In this document: in pieces, positions 46,136 to 62,609 of the stretch
How the letters are laid out: each line of letters opens with the position of its first letter
Numbering within the stretch: the first letter of the stretch is position 1
Origin: Yuukianura sp. NJ FZ-2021
Taxonomy: Eukaryota
Direction: 5' to 3'
DNA: 64,000 nucleotides
NCBI GenBank assembly: GCA_046563655.1
Contig: CM102285.1
Coordinates: forward strand, 12,710,001 to 12,774,000
Program-made: the position numbers and the translations under genes
The notes under the pieces: model-generated
Database searches by the model: none
What the model was told of the DNA's origin: nothing
Seen by the model: the letters and a program-made list of their open reading frames with translations, nothing else

Positions 46136-46890
46136 AACATTTCTAATCGCTTTCAAACTTTGGGTATTAATTTTTGTTAATTTGGGTTCATATTAATTTT
46201 GGTACACAATAAAAATTCTCTATCCAGCTCAGCTCTTCAGAGACATGTTCTAGAATTTCAGTTTTTTAAGCCAAGAAAATGGATTCCGATGGTAAGAATC
46301 AATTTTTTTAATTTTCTAACCCATGTTGGACTGAATAACTTTGACTTGACCTTGTTTTTTCATTTAGGACTCCTCGATGGAATCAATTGCTTGAAAAGGC
46401 GGAGTCTTCAGTCTTAGCAGTTCGTGGGCAAATGGCATTGGTCAAAAAATTTACTTGTTCGCTTTTAAGCGGATATGTTGATGACTTTGTCTCAACATTA
46501 TGAAAATCAATAGTTCATAAAATCTTCAACCGAATTGAAATTGGGAGAACTTCTTTTTTTTTTCTTAAAAAACACGTTTTGGAAATTCATACCTCGTTAA
46601 ATATTCAGATCCAAGTCCAACCTCTACCCTGCCAAAATCGTCCAACTTCCCGGATAGCTTTGGAACACTTAATATTGGTGAGGAAGGCCATCAGAAATAT
46701 TCGTTCAATCTACTTGGTTATGCATTCAGTTCTTCATTTGACTCGTTTCTGTTTCTAGGTTCTGAATTTGAAGCAGGAAGAACAGAAGCGTGTCATTTTA
46801 GTATACGCCGAGTGAAAGTTGACTTTCTCCTGTACAGAAATCGTCTTCTACTTTCTATTGTTCCAAAGAAGATCATCCGGAGACTCCATT

Positions 46891-49349
46891 ATGGACAGAT
46901 TTCCCAAAGGAACTGTTCTGGGTGGAGCCTGTATTCTTGGATTGACGCTGGCAATGGGCTGGGGTGGAGTCACGATGATAATTAAAGGCCAAGTCCGCAA
47001 GGTAAGTCAAATAATTACATAATTACTTGTAATTACTCTGTAATTATTCCTACTTGGTCCTCCTCTGTCTGCATCCGACCAATCAGACAGTAGTGAAATT
47101 CACCTTCCATCGATCTTTAGCTGAAAATTTTCAAAAAAGAATGAAAAATTCCAAAGAAACATTACAGAAACAGAAAAAAAAGTAAAAAGTTGATGCGAGA
47201 TCGTCGAATTTGTTAATTTAAAAATTTTTGTACACAAGAAAATGTGGGGGCTCCAGTTTTCGGTTTTTTCTTGGGATTTGATTTGCATTTGAGTTTGAGT
47301 TGCAAATTGCGACTTAAGTTTTTTCGATACAAAACTAATTGAATTTGATTTCTGTTGATTTTCGAATGAAATTACAGTAATTTAGATATGTTGAAACGTT
47401 GTAACGCTACTTTCGACATTTGGATTACGGAACTTGGAAAAGTATTGATTTAAAAAAAAATGACAGTTATTGAAAATTCGTGTCCTTCAAAATTACATTT
47501 ATTTTTCAGATCCTTTTTGTAAAAATCACGCCATGTTAAAACGTAGCTTTAAGAAAACCGAATGATTTCCTTAGCTTTGTTTTTTGCTTTCTCTAAACAG
47601 GAAATTCGTATCATCAACAATACGGATACTTACAGGGCCTGGAAGGACTTTCCAATACCAGTGTACCTGAGCATCTACTTCTTCAATATCACCAATCCAG
47701 ACGAAGTCCATGCTGGAGCTAAGCCAAAACTGGAGGAAGTGGGCCCTTATGTCTACATGTAACTAAAAAATACTAAATTTTTTGGAATTTTTCTAGAACT
47801 TGTTTAGAAATTGGAGATTTTTAACCTCTTTTCGATTTCTAGGGAACGTCTTCACAAAACTGACTTGGCTCAAAATATTTCAACTGAAATCATCACATTT
47901 CGGCAGTTGCGGTTCTACTTTTTCCAGCCGGACATGTCAACTGGAAACGAAGACGACATTGTCACTATTCCTAACGTTCCATTGCTGGTATATCCACAAA
48001 AACTAAACATTTGCTTTGTTCCTTTGTTTCAATTTAAAATATGTTTTAGAGCATTGCTAAGCTGGCCCAAGACTTGAAGGAGGCTGGTCCAGCCGTTCTG
48101 AAGGGACTGGACGAAATGCTGTCCAAGAAAGAACAGACGATGACCGTGACACAACCTGTTAGAGACATCCTGTTTGAAGGCTACTCCGTCAGTGGCTTTT
48201 CGACTCTCGTCAAAGAGTTGACCGGTGACCCTGAACTTGATGAACAAGAGCCCTTCAAAATGCCGGATGTCATGTCGGAGGAAAAATATGGATTCTACCG
48301 AAACGTATTTCAAAACTCTTCATTCAAAATTTTAAGTTTACTCATTTTGGTTTACTTTTTCTAGAAAAACGGAACCAGTTGGGAAGGAATCTACGAAATC
48401 CACAATGGCCGAAACTTCAGTTGGCGATTTGGGGAAGTGATTACATACAATGGCGAAACGGAGACAACATGGTGGAAGGAACCTTGCAACAAAGTATATG
48501 GCAACGACGGACTATCGTTTGCACCGTTCATCAACACTACTGCGCCTATCACGACCTTTGAACCATTCTACTGTCGATCGCTGACTTATCGTTACCAATC
48601 TAGCAATCTCGTCCAGGAAGTTCAAGCGATGCGGTTCACTTTGGCTCCAGAAACGTTCCAAGGTCCGCACAAGTATCCTCCGAATGCTTGCTACTGCCCA
48701 GTTGAGAACTCGACAACCTGTGACAGAAATGGCGTCTATGACCTTGCTCCATGCTACGAAGGCTTTCCATTCCTACTGTCCAGACCACATTTCCTGGAAG
48801 GTGATCCAGAACTGATCAATGGGGTGGAAGGATTGAGTCCAAATCAGGAACTGCATGAAACATTCTTGGATATGCATTCGGTAATTAAAAAAAAAACTCG
48901 AAATTTTCTAAATTTTTGAAACTTTAAACTAAAATTTTACTTTTTATTAATAGATGTCCGGAATTCCTTTGAAAACTGCAAAGCGGTTTCAGTTCAACAT
49001 TGAAATGATGGCGTATCCAGGACTATCAGCATTGGGAGACTTTCCCAAGACAGTTGTTCCAATCTACTGGTACCAAGAGGTAAAAATTCAAATTCCAAAA
49101 ACTCAGAAAGCTGTCTCAACAACTTTCTAATTTTCAATTTTTAAACTTTAAAAATTTCGGATTTTGCAGTCTATCGAAGCAGGCTCGATGCACTTTCTTG
49201 TGTTTAAAATAATCGCCTGGATACAAAATGGATGGGACATGGTCAAGTATGGGCTGGCTGCTGGAGGCGGAGCTATCCTCGCTGCTGGAATCCTTATGGG
49301 CATAATGCGCAAAAGTACTGAGCCTGACAAAATGGTGCTCGTCAAGTGA
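46891..49349 (+). CDS. CD36/scavenger receptor class B family protein
   Basis: N- and C-terminal TM segments; YFFNITNPDEV...KPKLEEVGPYVY, CRSL, NACYC, LSRPHFLEGDP, GIPLKTAKRFQFNI. Confidence 0.93.
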
Positions 49350-49673
49350 TCTGGGACAAATGTCTCCAGCACTTAAACTGGTAGAAAGTTAAATAATCGC
49401 CATTTCATATACAAAAACTGCTTTCTCTTTAGACAAAACTATTTTCAGCATTTCATTTTACATAGTTCAGTTTCAGGAATTTAGAATCATTCGTGTAGAG
49501 ATCACAATTTGTCGCGCATTCCGTAATGTAAACAATGCGTGTTAAAGTAAAAAATCACCGTAGCCTAACTAACCACGTTATTCTAACTTAAGATTCACAT
49601 TAATTTAAAATATTAAGTTAATTCCCTAAATTAATTCAATTGTTAGTTGTTAGTTAATATCAGTCTTGACGTT

Positions 49674-50927
49674 TCACTTTACGTTGTATTTGATCCAGTT
49701 GACATAGGACGCAAGGTGAGTGTAAATTCCAGAGCGCATGTCCGTTCCACAACCGTAGCCACCGCTATGGATTCCAATCACACCTAGAGATTCGTTTGCT
49801 TTCTCCCAGCGCATTAGCGGTGAACCGCTGTCACCCTGCAAAAATCAACCATGGTGTTAATTAAGTTAAGCTAATTGATTAACTTCAATTATTTAAGAAT
49901 GGAAATGTCGTAATGTGAGCCTAACTTTCTTACCTCACAAGCTCCACGACCTTCATATGGTGTTCCAGCACAGATTTCTCCGTCTGTTGCTGTCCACTTG
50001 TCGTAGTCATCTTCACATTTAGTATTGCTCACCACTGGAATGTCCACGGTCATAAGCGTTCTGGAAACCTCAGGATTCTCTACACCAAAAAATATGGAGA
50101 CCATTTCAAACAAGTTACACAGTATTGGTACAATTTACCACTCCGAGTGTAGCCCCACCCGGCTACAAACGTTTTCTCTCCAACTGAAACAATGTCTCCT
50201 TCATTTGGAAGGCAAGCAGGTTGGACGTAAGGATTCCATTCAATAGCATCTTGCAGCCGAATAATTGCAATGTCGTTTCTAGCCTTGACGTTCTCGTCGT
50301 ACTCGGGATGCTTAATGATGTGATCCACGGCGACAGCAAAAGCGTTCAAAGGAATTTCTTGTACGCCAATAACATGCTCTCCAACAATCACATGCATTCC
50401 GTCCTTTGAAACAGTTCTGAAACAGAAAAGTTTCAAAATTTTGAAAAACAAAAAAAAAGTCCAAATTACGAAACTGTACTGGAGGCAGTGCGCAGCCGTG
50501 ATGACATAACGATTGTTTATGAGAAATCCTCCGCAGAAGTGTGACGATTGCGGCGGACCAGTAGTGTACTGGAGTGACACAATCCATGGAAATTCTCCTG
50601 GAAAATTCAAACAAAAAATGTTGGAACGATAATTTTTTGAATTTTTGAAATTTATTGAAACTGAACAAGTTTTCACCTCTCACTGCGTCTGCCCCGCCCA
50701 CAATTCTTGAAATCCTGGACGCTTTTGGAATGATCTTGACTGATCTCTGTCCGCATTTTGTGTCAGCAACTACAGCATTTAATCGAAACAAAAAAAATGA
50801 ATAAATAAATAAATGAATAAATGAAAACACAATAATTAAATTTCAATTCTCTTCACTTACAATTAGTCAGTCCAAATCCAGTCTCCAATAGACTGAAACA
50901 GAAAAAGGATAAGAAACAGTAAAGCAT
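49674..50927 (-). CDS. Secreted S1A serine protease (chymotrypsin-like pocket)
   Basis: Signal peptide, R-IVGG activation site, TAAHC, NDIAII, GACE|GDSGSP; Gly at the position equivalent to trypsin Asp189. Confidence 0.92.
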
Positions 50928-51513
50928 TTTGATGAAGACGCTGCCGATACTCGCTGAAAATGTTGCTGCTAAACATTAAATACGAAAGGTTATAGAGCCG
51001 GAGCATTTTATATTTTGGAGTAAGTAACGTGAAGGGCATTACCATGAATTAGTTATGAATCAACGCATTACAATTCTAAAGGTCTAGTTCATAGCTCAGC
51101 ATCCGGAACCAAAACGTCTGAACCAGCCTTGATGAGGTACCCGTTGTCCCAAGTACTTGACACATGAGTTGGTTCGTAAAAAAACGCTTGTTTCCGGAAA
51201 AAAAGCACAGGTACTACCGTATTGGATAGCACATAAGTACAACTTCGCAGTAAAAGTTAAGGAAACATTTTATCCATCCGCTTTTGCATCATCTCTGACC
51301 TTGCCATTGGAATAGAAAATAGCTCCATTGACCTACTTTTGACACATTTACTCCTGTTATACCGTGGACAATTATTCTCCGGATTTACATAAACAGGAAA
51401 CAAGTGAAAAAATATAAAAATTCTATATAAAATGAAAACAGAGCAAAAAATTACAAATTTTAAAATTCTGGAAGATGCTACTACTTAAGGTCAAAACAAG
51501 GTCAAAGTACTAT

Positions 51514-54500
51514 TCAAGTATTCTGAAAAGTTATAGGAAATGTAGTGCTGTCACCCGTAAAAAGCGCATGTGGCATCATATTCTGCTGCCGGAACGACAC
51601 AGGAGTGACAGGCGGTGGATCCGAAGATGTGTCACTACTGGCATTTCCCCCACGCCGACTAACGCTTGTCATGTCAGACATCACTGACATTGTCTCTAGT
51701 CTTTCGTCGCTTCGATCGCTGCCATTTCCATCAAAAACTGGAGCGTTTGACACTTCTTGACGAACGTCTCGCGGTGTCATAAGAGGTTGCAAGAATTGGA
51801 AAAGTGTGTGCAAGTATTCCTGGGGATTGATTTCGTTCAGATTTAGAGAAAGAAAGTTTTCTGCAACTTGAAGCATCTCTAATTCTTTTTCCGTTTCGAC
51901 GAAGTCCCGTGTTATTCCTCTTCCGGATTCGTCACGACCAAGGATATTTTGAATCTGAAAATGTCAATTAGGCAATGGTTAGTCAATATCATTGATTCAA
52001 TGATTTGAAATTTAAAGTGATCTTGAATGAAGCTGACCTCTCTTGCTCTAGCGACAGTCTCGGATGGAGTTCCTGTCTCAGTAGCCACCATGCAAGCAAA
52101 ACTAGATTCACAGCGTCCCTCCTTCAGCTTGTACAAATGAACAAGCTTGTCTTTCTCCATTATGAATTCCATCGTCTGCAATTCAAAAAACGTTTTTGCT
52201 TGTAAAGTTTGCAAAACTAAATAAAAATTGAATTAACCTGTGGTTTGAAAGCCGGAACGCGGGGCAAACGGTTTAGCAAGGAATTGTAGTGAGTCGATAT
52301 GAAGATCGTCGGGCATCCAGTACATTTTTCGGCAAAATACTCTAATGCAGCTTGCAGTAGACTGAGGCCATCGGCTTCCGCTGTTCCTTTACCAAATTCG
52401 TCGATAATTAACAACGACGCTCCCGTTGCATTTCTCAAGGCCAGTGACATCTAGACAAATCGAACAGTTTTTACAACAAAGCCTGAAATATGTTACTCAA
52501 TTTCACAATTTCCGTTCCTTGTAATAACTTAAAACTCACTCAATTGGATTTTACAGCTCACCTGACTGATATCGATCATAAACGTGGACAATCCGGCGGA
52601 AACAGACTCCTGAGCATAGATTCTCGAACAAATTCTATCAAATGCAGGAATGATTGCTGATGATGCTGGAACAAAAGATCCTGCCAGTGCCATTATCACA
52701 ATGATTCCAACCTAAAAACAAAGTTGTCAGGTCAGAGGTCAACGAAGTGTGAAGTTTCATTGGTGTCTTAAATAGGATTTTAAAAACTAACCTGCTTTAG
52801 GTAAATGCTTTTCCCCGAAGCGTTTGGACCAGTCAGAATTACTATACTCTCGTCCTCAGCAAACGTTGTAGAATTAGCTACAAAATGAGAGTTCAGCTCC
52901 ACCAATGGATGACGCCCGTTGACAATTTGTAGCTTTTCCAGACCGCTGACAATCGTAGGCCGAACGTAAGTGTTCTCCCTTGCAACTGCAGCCAACGAAA
53001 GCAAGCTGAAACACAATCAACTACTATTTAGTAGTGTAAATGGTTAAAACTGTGCTTTAAATTGTAAACAAACCTGTCAAGTTCTGCAATGAGGGAACTT
53101 ATTTTCAAAAGGTTGGATGAATACCGTAGAACATTCTGTATTAGTGACTGTTGAATGTAATTTTCCAATTCCAGTAAGGCGACCTGCAAATCTCCGAGAA
53201 GGTCATCCAATTCCTTGGTTCGAGGAGTCTGATAGTATGCAGCGTCTGAGCAAGTAAACTGAAAACCAGAAAAAAATTGACTGTTAATTTTGATTCAAAT
53301 TGTGATTAACGCTATTTTCCTGAACAAGGCGTCGTCATAACCCTGTCAGCTGTCATGTCACAGTGACATTGTCACTTTCGCCAGTTATGTACCTTGAAAT
53401 CGAGACCTTCTAAAACCATTTGTTCAGGGGTCAAGTTGTCACTCCAGAGTCGCACGCACAGTAAATAGCCAACTTCCGGTAGGTAAATAATTGAACATTG
53501 TTGAACGAACTCCGGAAGGTTTCGGAACTCCTCGCTCGCAAGGGTGGACATGATTGCTTGTAAGGCGTTGTACTGACTTCGTTCTGGATAAAAAACGGCC
53601 AAATTCTAAATTTTTTGTTCAAATTGTATTTTATAGTTAAGAAAATTACTCTCATCCAGTGTGTCATTGAGTCCGTTGTGTGGATAAAATCGTTTGTGAA
53701 TCGCCGACTGCTCGAAATCGATCACCTTTGAGATTTCTCGCGTAACTGAAGCTAACACAGTTTTTTCTTTGCATAAAGCTGAAATCTAGGATTCACAGTA
53801 AAAAATCAATTTGATGTTAAATTCACCTCCAGCACCAAACAATTTACCTCTTTGAACAACTCAATGGAAATCGGTTGGTTTGAACAGACTTCTCCAATAA
53901 GAGTACAACTTTGTAAAGTGCTGTACAAGTGTTTCCATTCCTTGACTGTTGGATGCAAACATGTCAATCTCTGTAGTAATTTCTGAAAATTAATCAAGAA
54001 ATAGAGTTAAACGTTTCAATATTGCACAATAACAAGCGTATTCTACCGGGATGTGATGGACTGCTTTCAGTGAATTTGTAACGGAGTCAACAAATGCAGC
54101 ATGGGTGATGCTGACGCAGTGCTGGATTACGTCATGTCGTCGATTGAGTATAGCAAAGCTCCGTGTTGGTCGTAAAAGCTGAAGTCGCAAGAAACTTGAA
54201 CCCTGCTGCGTCAAGCATCGATTCAGGACACTGTACAGACAAATGCCTTCGCTGTCTCCTGCCCCTGTAAATAGTGAGCCTTTTCCAACTGCCACTGGAT
54301 GGGCATCTTGATTGAAAATTTGAAGGCTGTCCCATGCTGTGTAGTCCACAATTACTAAATCAGTCCTGCAATATAATTCGATAGAGTTTATAAGATATTT
54401 CAGAAACAATAAGCTCCGTCCACTCACATCGTGCAAATTTTGACGTTCAATACTGGCGTTTTCCCAGTAACCATGTCAAGTTGAGTAAGTTCCAAACCAC

Positions 54501-55308
54501 GTTTGTCTAGGAACTTCAGCAGGGCACCCGCAGCTCGAACCATTCCAATGTTCGAAAATGGAATTAGCGATGTCACGAAATGCAAATGTTCTTGGAGATT
54601 GTCCGTTCGCGGTTCTTCAGGAAGGTGGATCTCTTGAAGTCTTCGTTTACAAGCGTCAGGGGCAAACTCTCTTCCGGGTTGAATGAACAAATTGGTTGTT
54701 CCAATTTGATCTTGCCCTACTGTATGTGTCGACGACTGAGTTCCGGATCCGGCTCTTGTAGATTGGCTTGCATGCGACAGATCCGTTTGAGTTTCAGGAA
54801 AAGCATCTCCACTGAGCTGTTTCAAAAGGGCAAGAAACCTTCCATCTTGACGAGCACAGCCGACTATTAATTTCGGCGTTACTTGCTTGAACAGTGCTCT
54901 CAAAATTTCAAAGTCTGGAACGGCATCAGGTGTATCCGGCAGCAAAAATAACTGAAAAATACGTTGCAAATCAAAGTCTAGCCAAGTCGAGGGAACGTAA
55001 ACATTTAGAAAGTTTACCTCAGATGTTTGAATATTATAGTAAGCTGCACCCAGTTTTCCAGCACCCCAAACCACAGATAATACTGTCTAAAAAACATTGT
55101 ACTGCAATTAAAAAACTGTCAGGACCATGATAAAACTTAATTGTTACATACAAAAACAATTCCATCTGAAATACGACTCGTGATTTACCTCTGCTAAGGC
55201 TTCCCTCTGTACTGCTGGCCCAACCGCATCAGCTTCGCCATCTTCTTCGTCAATGTCCATCGGAATCTGACCGCCGTCTTGTACTTGACCCTGTTCGTAC
55301 ACCTCCAT
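51514..55308 (-). CDS. MSH5: MutS homolog 5 (meiotic)
   Basis: [68 protein letters not shown]; no mismatch-binding domain I seen. Confidence 0.9.
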
Positions 55309-55614
55309 CTCACGTTAGGCTTAAATGCCTTCGAAAGTGTTGGCCACCAAAGGTCACGGAGAGTTACAAGGTCAAAGTTAAGCTTGAAGTTTCGAAAAAC
55401 GCAGAGGAAACAAAGAAAGAATGGAAAGATGACGGAACCCCGAAAAAATAAAAACGTCAAGAATCAACATGTGGTTTTCCTTTTTAAAAAATTCCCGCCA
55501 AAAATTGTCAGATACAAAAGCGTCGTCACTTTCTTATAAGGTCGAGTTTTTTCAAAAACTTTTTTTAAAAAAAAATCTGTTAAAACAGCATTTTTTTTAT
55601 ATTTAAAATTACAT

Positions 55615-55695
55615 TCTTATGCAAGATAATCAAACAAAATCCCTCTGCGTCTCACAGGTTTAAGAAATTGTTATCATAAATAGAAGATCGTGTCT
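55615..55695 (-). promoter_or_regulatory. Type II SECIS element in the TrxR 3' UTR
   Basis: Minus strand ATGAT-AACAATTTCTT-AAA-CCTGTGAGACGCAG-AGGGATTTTGTT-TGAT: AUGA/UGA quartet, ~11 bp helix II, apical AAA, extra mini-stem; helix I less clear. Confidence 0.8.
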
Positions 55696-55772
55696 TCCAC
55701 AACTTGCTTCAGAATGTCGCTTCCAAGCAAAATGTTGGCGATGACAGCTTTTCCAGCACGTCACCGCTTCCA

Positions 55773-57688
<1,916 letters not shown>

Positions 57689-57917
57689 TTATTTGAAGAA
57701 TCAACTTACGGTAATCGTTAACAAATCAAAAACTGAATACTCTGCTATGGCAAAATTCTAATTTCTAAGAAACGAGATTTGCTCATTTTTAAATTCCAAA
57801 TATTTATCGGATTTCAAAAACAATCAATGACATAAATAGTAAAGTAACTGTCGGACAATGACTTCTACTCAAGAGACCCCAAATTGATGAAGCAGCTCTG
57901 TTAATTAGTTCAAAAAA

Positions 57918-59709
57918 TTAGAGAATGATTTCGTTAGAGAAACTGCGAGTTAGCTCTTTGTGGGGCAAAACAATGGAGTTGAGGACAACAACTTCCGAAG
58001 GAACTCGAACATGACATCCTAAGAACAATTACATGATTGTTACGTTTTCATATTTCATTTTTCAAACCTTCAGATTTAATTCTAAGACTTACCAAGCACT
58101 GTGATGGAAGGATTAAGTCGACCTTCCTGATTGAACAGAGCCACGTTATCCATCTTTGCAAAAGGCTTGTTTGGATTAGGATCTGAAGGAGTTCCTTCAA
58201 TCCGAGTCCACTTTCCAATTGATCCACTCCAGCCAACGATAGTATACAGAATGAGACTGTGATCTTCAACTGTAGAGTCTCCCAGAATAATGGAGTCCCG
58301 AATTCGGACCCCCGGTCCGATCACAACGTTCTTGCCAATACTGACATTAGGTCCAAGCTGTAATCAATGAACAAAACAACCAATTTACATCAAAGTCTGG
58401 CAACGTCGTACCTCGTTGCGTTGTTTTTAATGTCCAACTTACCACACATGTAGGATGAACTTGTGCCGTCGGATGAATGAAAACATCTCCGATGATTTTG
58501 GCACTCGGAGCATCTCCAGCGCCCTTGGACTGAGCTAGTGGACATGGCTGAACTCGTCGGTAAAGTTCCAGATACTGGCGATTGGCGTAAATGGCACTGG
58601 CTGCCGTCTTGACCTGAGACCACATTCGGTTTGTCTGATAGACATAAATACTCGAATTTTTCCCCGAAAAGGGCATGATGATGTCCCTCTCAATCATTAT
58701 AGACTCAATCTGCTCCATAGTCTCTCCGCTAAAATAAAAAACAAAGTTTAATTTATCATTAATCCAACTGAGGAAGATAAGGTTTGGAATCGGAATTTAC
58801 TAGAATTCGGAAGTCTCCTGTCTGGTCTTCCGGATTTTAGAAATGACGTAAAAAATATCGGTACTGCAAATGTAAACGCCACAGTTGATGAGAGTTGAAA
58901 CAAATGTGCTGGGTTTGTCCACAAAGTGAATGACTTGTTTCGTAGTGTGGTCTTCAACGATGCAACCGTAGTTCACTGACTGTTGGCGTGTAGCTTCCGT
59001 AGCGAGCATCGTGATTAGCGGTTTAACTGGTTTCTTGACGCTGCTGCGATGAAAATCCAACATTTCTCTCAAAGGAAAATCACCGCTGACATCTCCGTTG
59101 ATCAAAAAGAAGCACGACGGATTTCCAGACTTAATTTGGTCTCTGAAGTGAAAAATTCCTGAAATATCATAAACAAATGTTACACAAGACTAACTACCCT
59201 GTTATACCAATACGGCCAAATCCACCAGTAAAATGTACCTCCAGCTGTTCCGAGTTTAGTATACTCTTGCAGATACCGAATTCGGACTGTCTTGAACTTT
59301 GGCCCGATCTCTGTCAGAAACGGATTGATGTCATCTGCCGGAAAGTAGCCCAAGATCAGTATTTCCTTTAGACATGGTACATTGACACATGCTTGAATCA
59401 GATGTTGGAGCAGCGGTACACCAGCGACTGGGAACAATGGTTTCGGGACATCAAGTGACAGGGGTCGAAACCTTGTTCCTAGCAATAAACGCATTCATCA
59501 GTATCGGTTATATCAAAAACACAATATTAATCTCATAATTCAACTTAATTAACACGCCGTATGTCCTGTCATACTCAATTTCAATATTCGCCAGTATTTT
59601 ACTAGAAATTACCTTTCTGTGGACCTCCGATTAAAATCACTGCTTTTATGACATCAGTTGACGCTTCAGCAGCGTTACTTTCGTTGTTGCTCGTTCCTTC
59701 TCCTTCCAT
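57918..59709 (-). CDS. GMPPA: Mannose-1-phosphate guanyltransferase alpha (regulatory subunit)
   Basis: [67 protein letters not shown], ends EIIL*. Confidence 0.95.
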
Positions 59710-59997
59710 TGCTTGATTCACTGAATCCGTCACTTACTGACTTTCGTCGTGTTAACGTGTTAATCGAGTTGTAATTACTACACACCCACAAATATCTAAT
59801 TGAAAATTCGAAATTATGCTAAAAATTCCAAGTGTAAAAAATGTTTGTTGACGTTTTCCAGCTGTTGAAATGAAACGCGGGAATTTTGAATCGAAAGCCG
59901 ATTGGACTTTGGAACAGCTGATGGTGACGACAGCTGTTTCGCTTGACAGTTAAAGTTAACGGTAACTACACAGCTGATTAATTTAAACTAATTTTAA

Positions 59998-61136
<1,139 letters not shown>

Positions 61137-61488
61137 AGTACTTAAGTTACTTCAAGTGTCCACATCCGATTTTCAAAAATGTTTCCTTTTATTATGAGAC
61201 CAAGATTAATTCAGTTTTTAATTTCTATAAAAGTGAAATAATTTTTAAAATTTCTAAAATTTATACTGGGAGTGTACGGGGGGTTATGTCTTTGCTTAAA
61301 AGTAAAATTCATTCCTATTCTAATTTTAAAATCGCTGATCCATCAGCAATGATGATCACTCTACTAATCTAAAAACTAAAGTTCAAGGTTAAAATTCTTG
61401 TTCGTTTGTTATTACATTTTGAGCAAACGTTGTGCAATACTAAATTTTGACTAATTTGTTCTCACAATTTCTTTAAAATTTCAAAATT

Positions 61489-62609
61489 TTAGGCAATAGT
61501 GCATGCTAAACCTCCTTCTTCACCGTCACCAGTTGGCTTATTCAATCTTCTTATTGGTTTGCGTCTAAGTTGTTGAGGCTCATCTTTTGATTTATCGTAG
61601 GCCACTTTTGAGCTAATTTCAACTTCATCCCTGCAAAACATTCACAGATCTCAAAATTCATGTCTTGGTTGAACTGAAGATCTGGTTGAAGTAAGCAAGC
61701 ACACACGCATGTACCCAACACTGTTTAGTTTTCAGTGGGTTACAATGGAAAGCGTGCAAAGTTACAGTGCTGCTGCTGCTTAGCAGGTAGTTTGGTCATA
61801 GTAATTTGGTCAACAATGAAAACATCAAACATGAAAACGTCAAAAGTCAAATGACCAAAATGTAAAAAGGTCACAGAGTGAAAACGCAAAAAGTGAAAAT
61901 GTCAAAATTACCGATAGATCTAGAATTTCATTTTGACATTTTGACCTTTTCACTTTTGACGTTTTCATGTTTGACCAAATTACATGGATTCTGCTGCGTA
62001 GCAACTAATTCTTAAGAACCTCAACACTTTTACCCACCATGGTGACTTCGTGTCATGCTGCTTGTGACCTGGATGGCCACAGTAGTTTGGAACTTTAAGA
62101 AATCGTTTATCCGTTTTCTCAACATTGTGATTCTGAACATCATCCGCCAGTTGATCAAATTCTGAGGTCAAGTTCTTCACAATGTTGGCCGTGACGCGGC
62201 GAGATCCTCTTCTTCGTTGTGGAAAATACTCCAGTGACTCATCCTATTCAAAACAACCAATAAATTAATTAATCACTGATTACTAATTATATTGATTTTT
62301 TTCAGATTCTGCAGCCTTTGCACTTACAGAAAGTCCATACACAGTTTGCTCATATTTAGGTGACGGTGGAACTGCCAGTGGCGTATCGAATCCGTTTAAT
62401 TTTGGAAGCGTCTCCATTGATCCAAAAACATCTTCATAATCCACATGAATCACTCGTCTTTTCCTGGTACTCGGACGATTAATGCTGGAATGCTGGGCAG
62501 CATTTTCTACTGGCGATAGATTACTATCCACATCCTGTTCTTTCCAATTAAAAATATTTCCAACATGGAGCACTTGGCGTCTGTAAGTATTCGAAATTTC
62601 AGAAGCCAT
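61489..62609 (-). CDS. Uncharacterised 3-exon protein ending in a CaaX motif (CTIA)
   Basis: Exons 62609-62328, 62243-61984 and 61630-61489 join in frame via GTAAGT and GTAATT donors; ends GGLACTIA*. Confidence 0.6.
61801..61983. mobile_element. Inverted-repeat MITE-like element
   Basis: GTAATTTGGTCAA...CATGAAAACGTCAAAAGT on the left; ACTTTTGACGTTTTCATGTTTGACCAAATTAC on the right; internal GTCAAAA/TGAAAA subrepeats. Confidence 0.7.
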
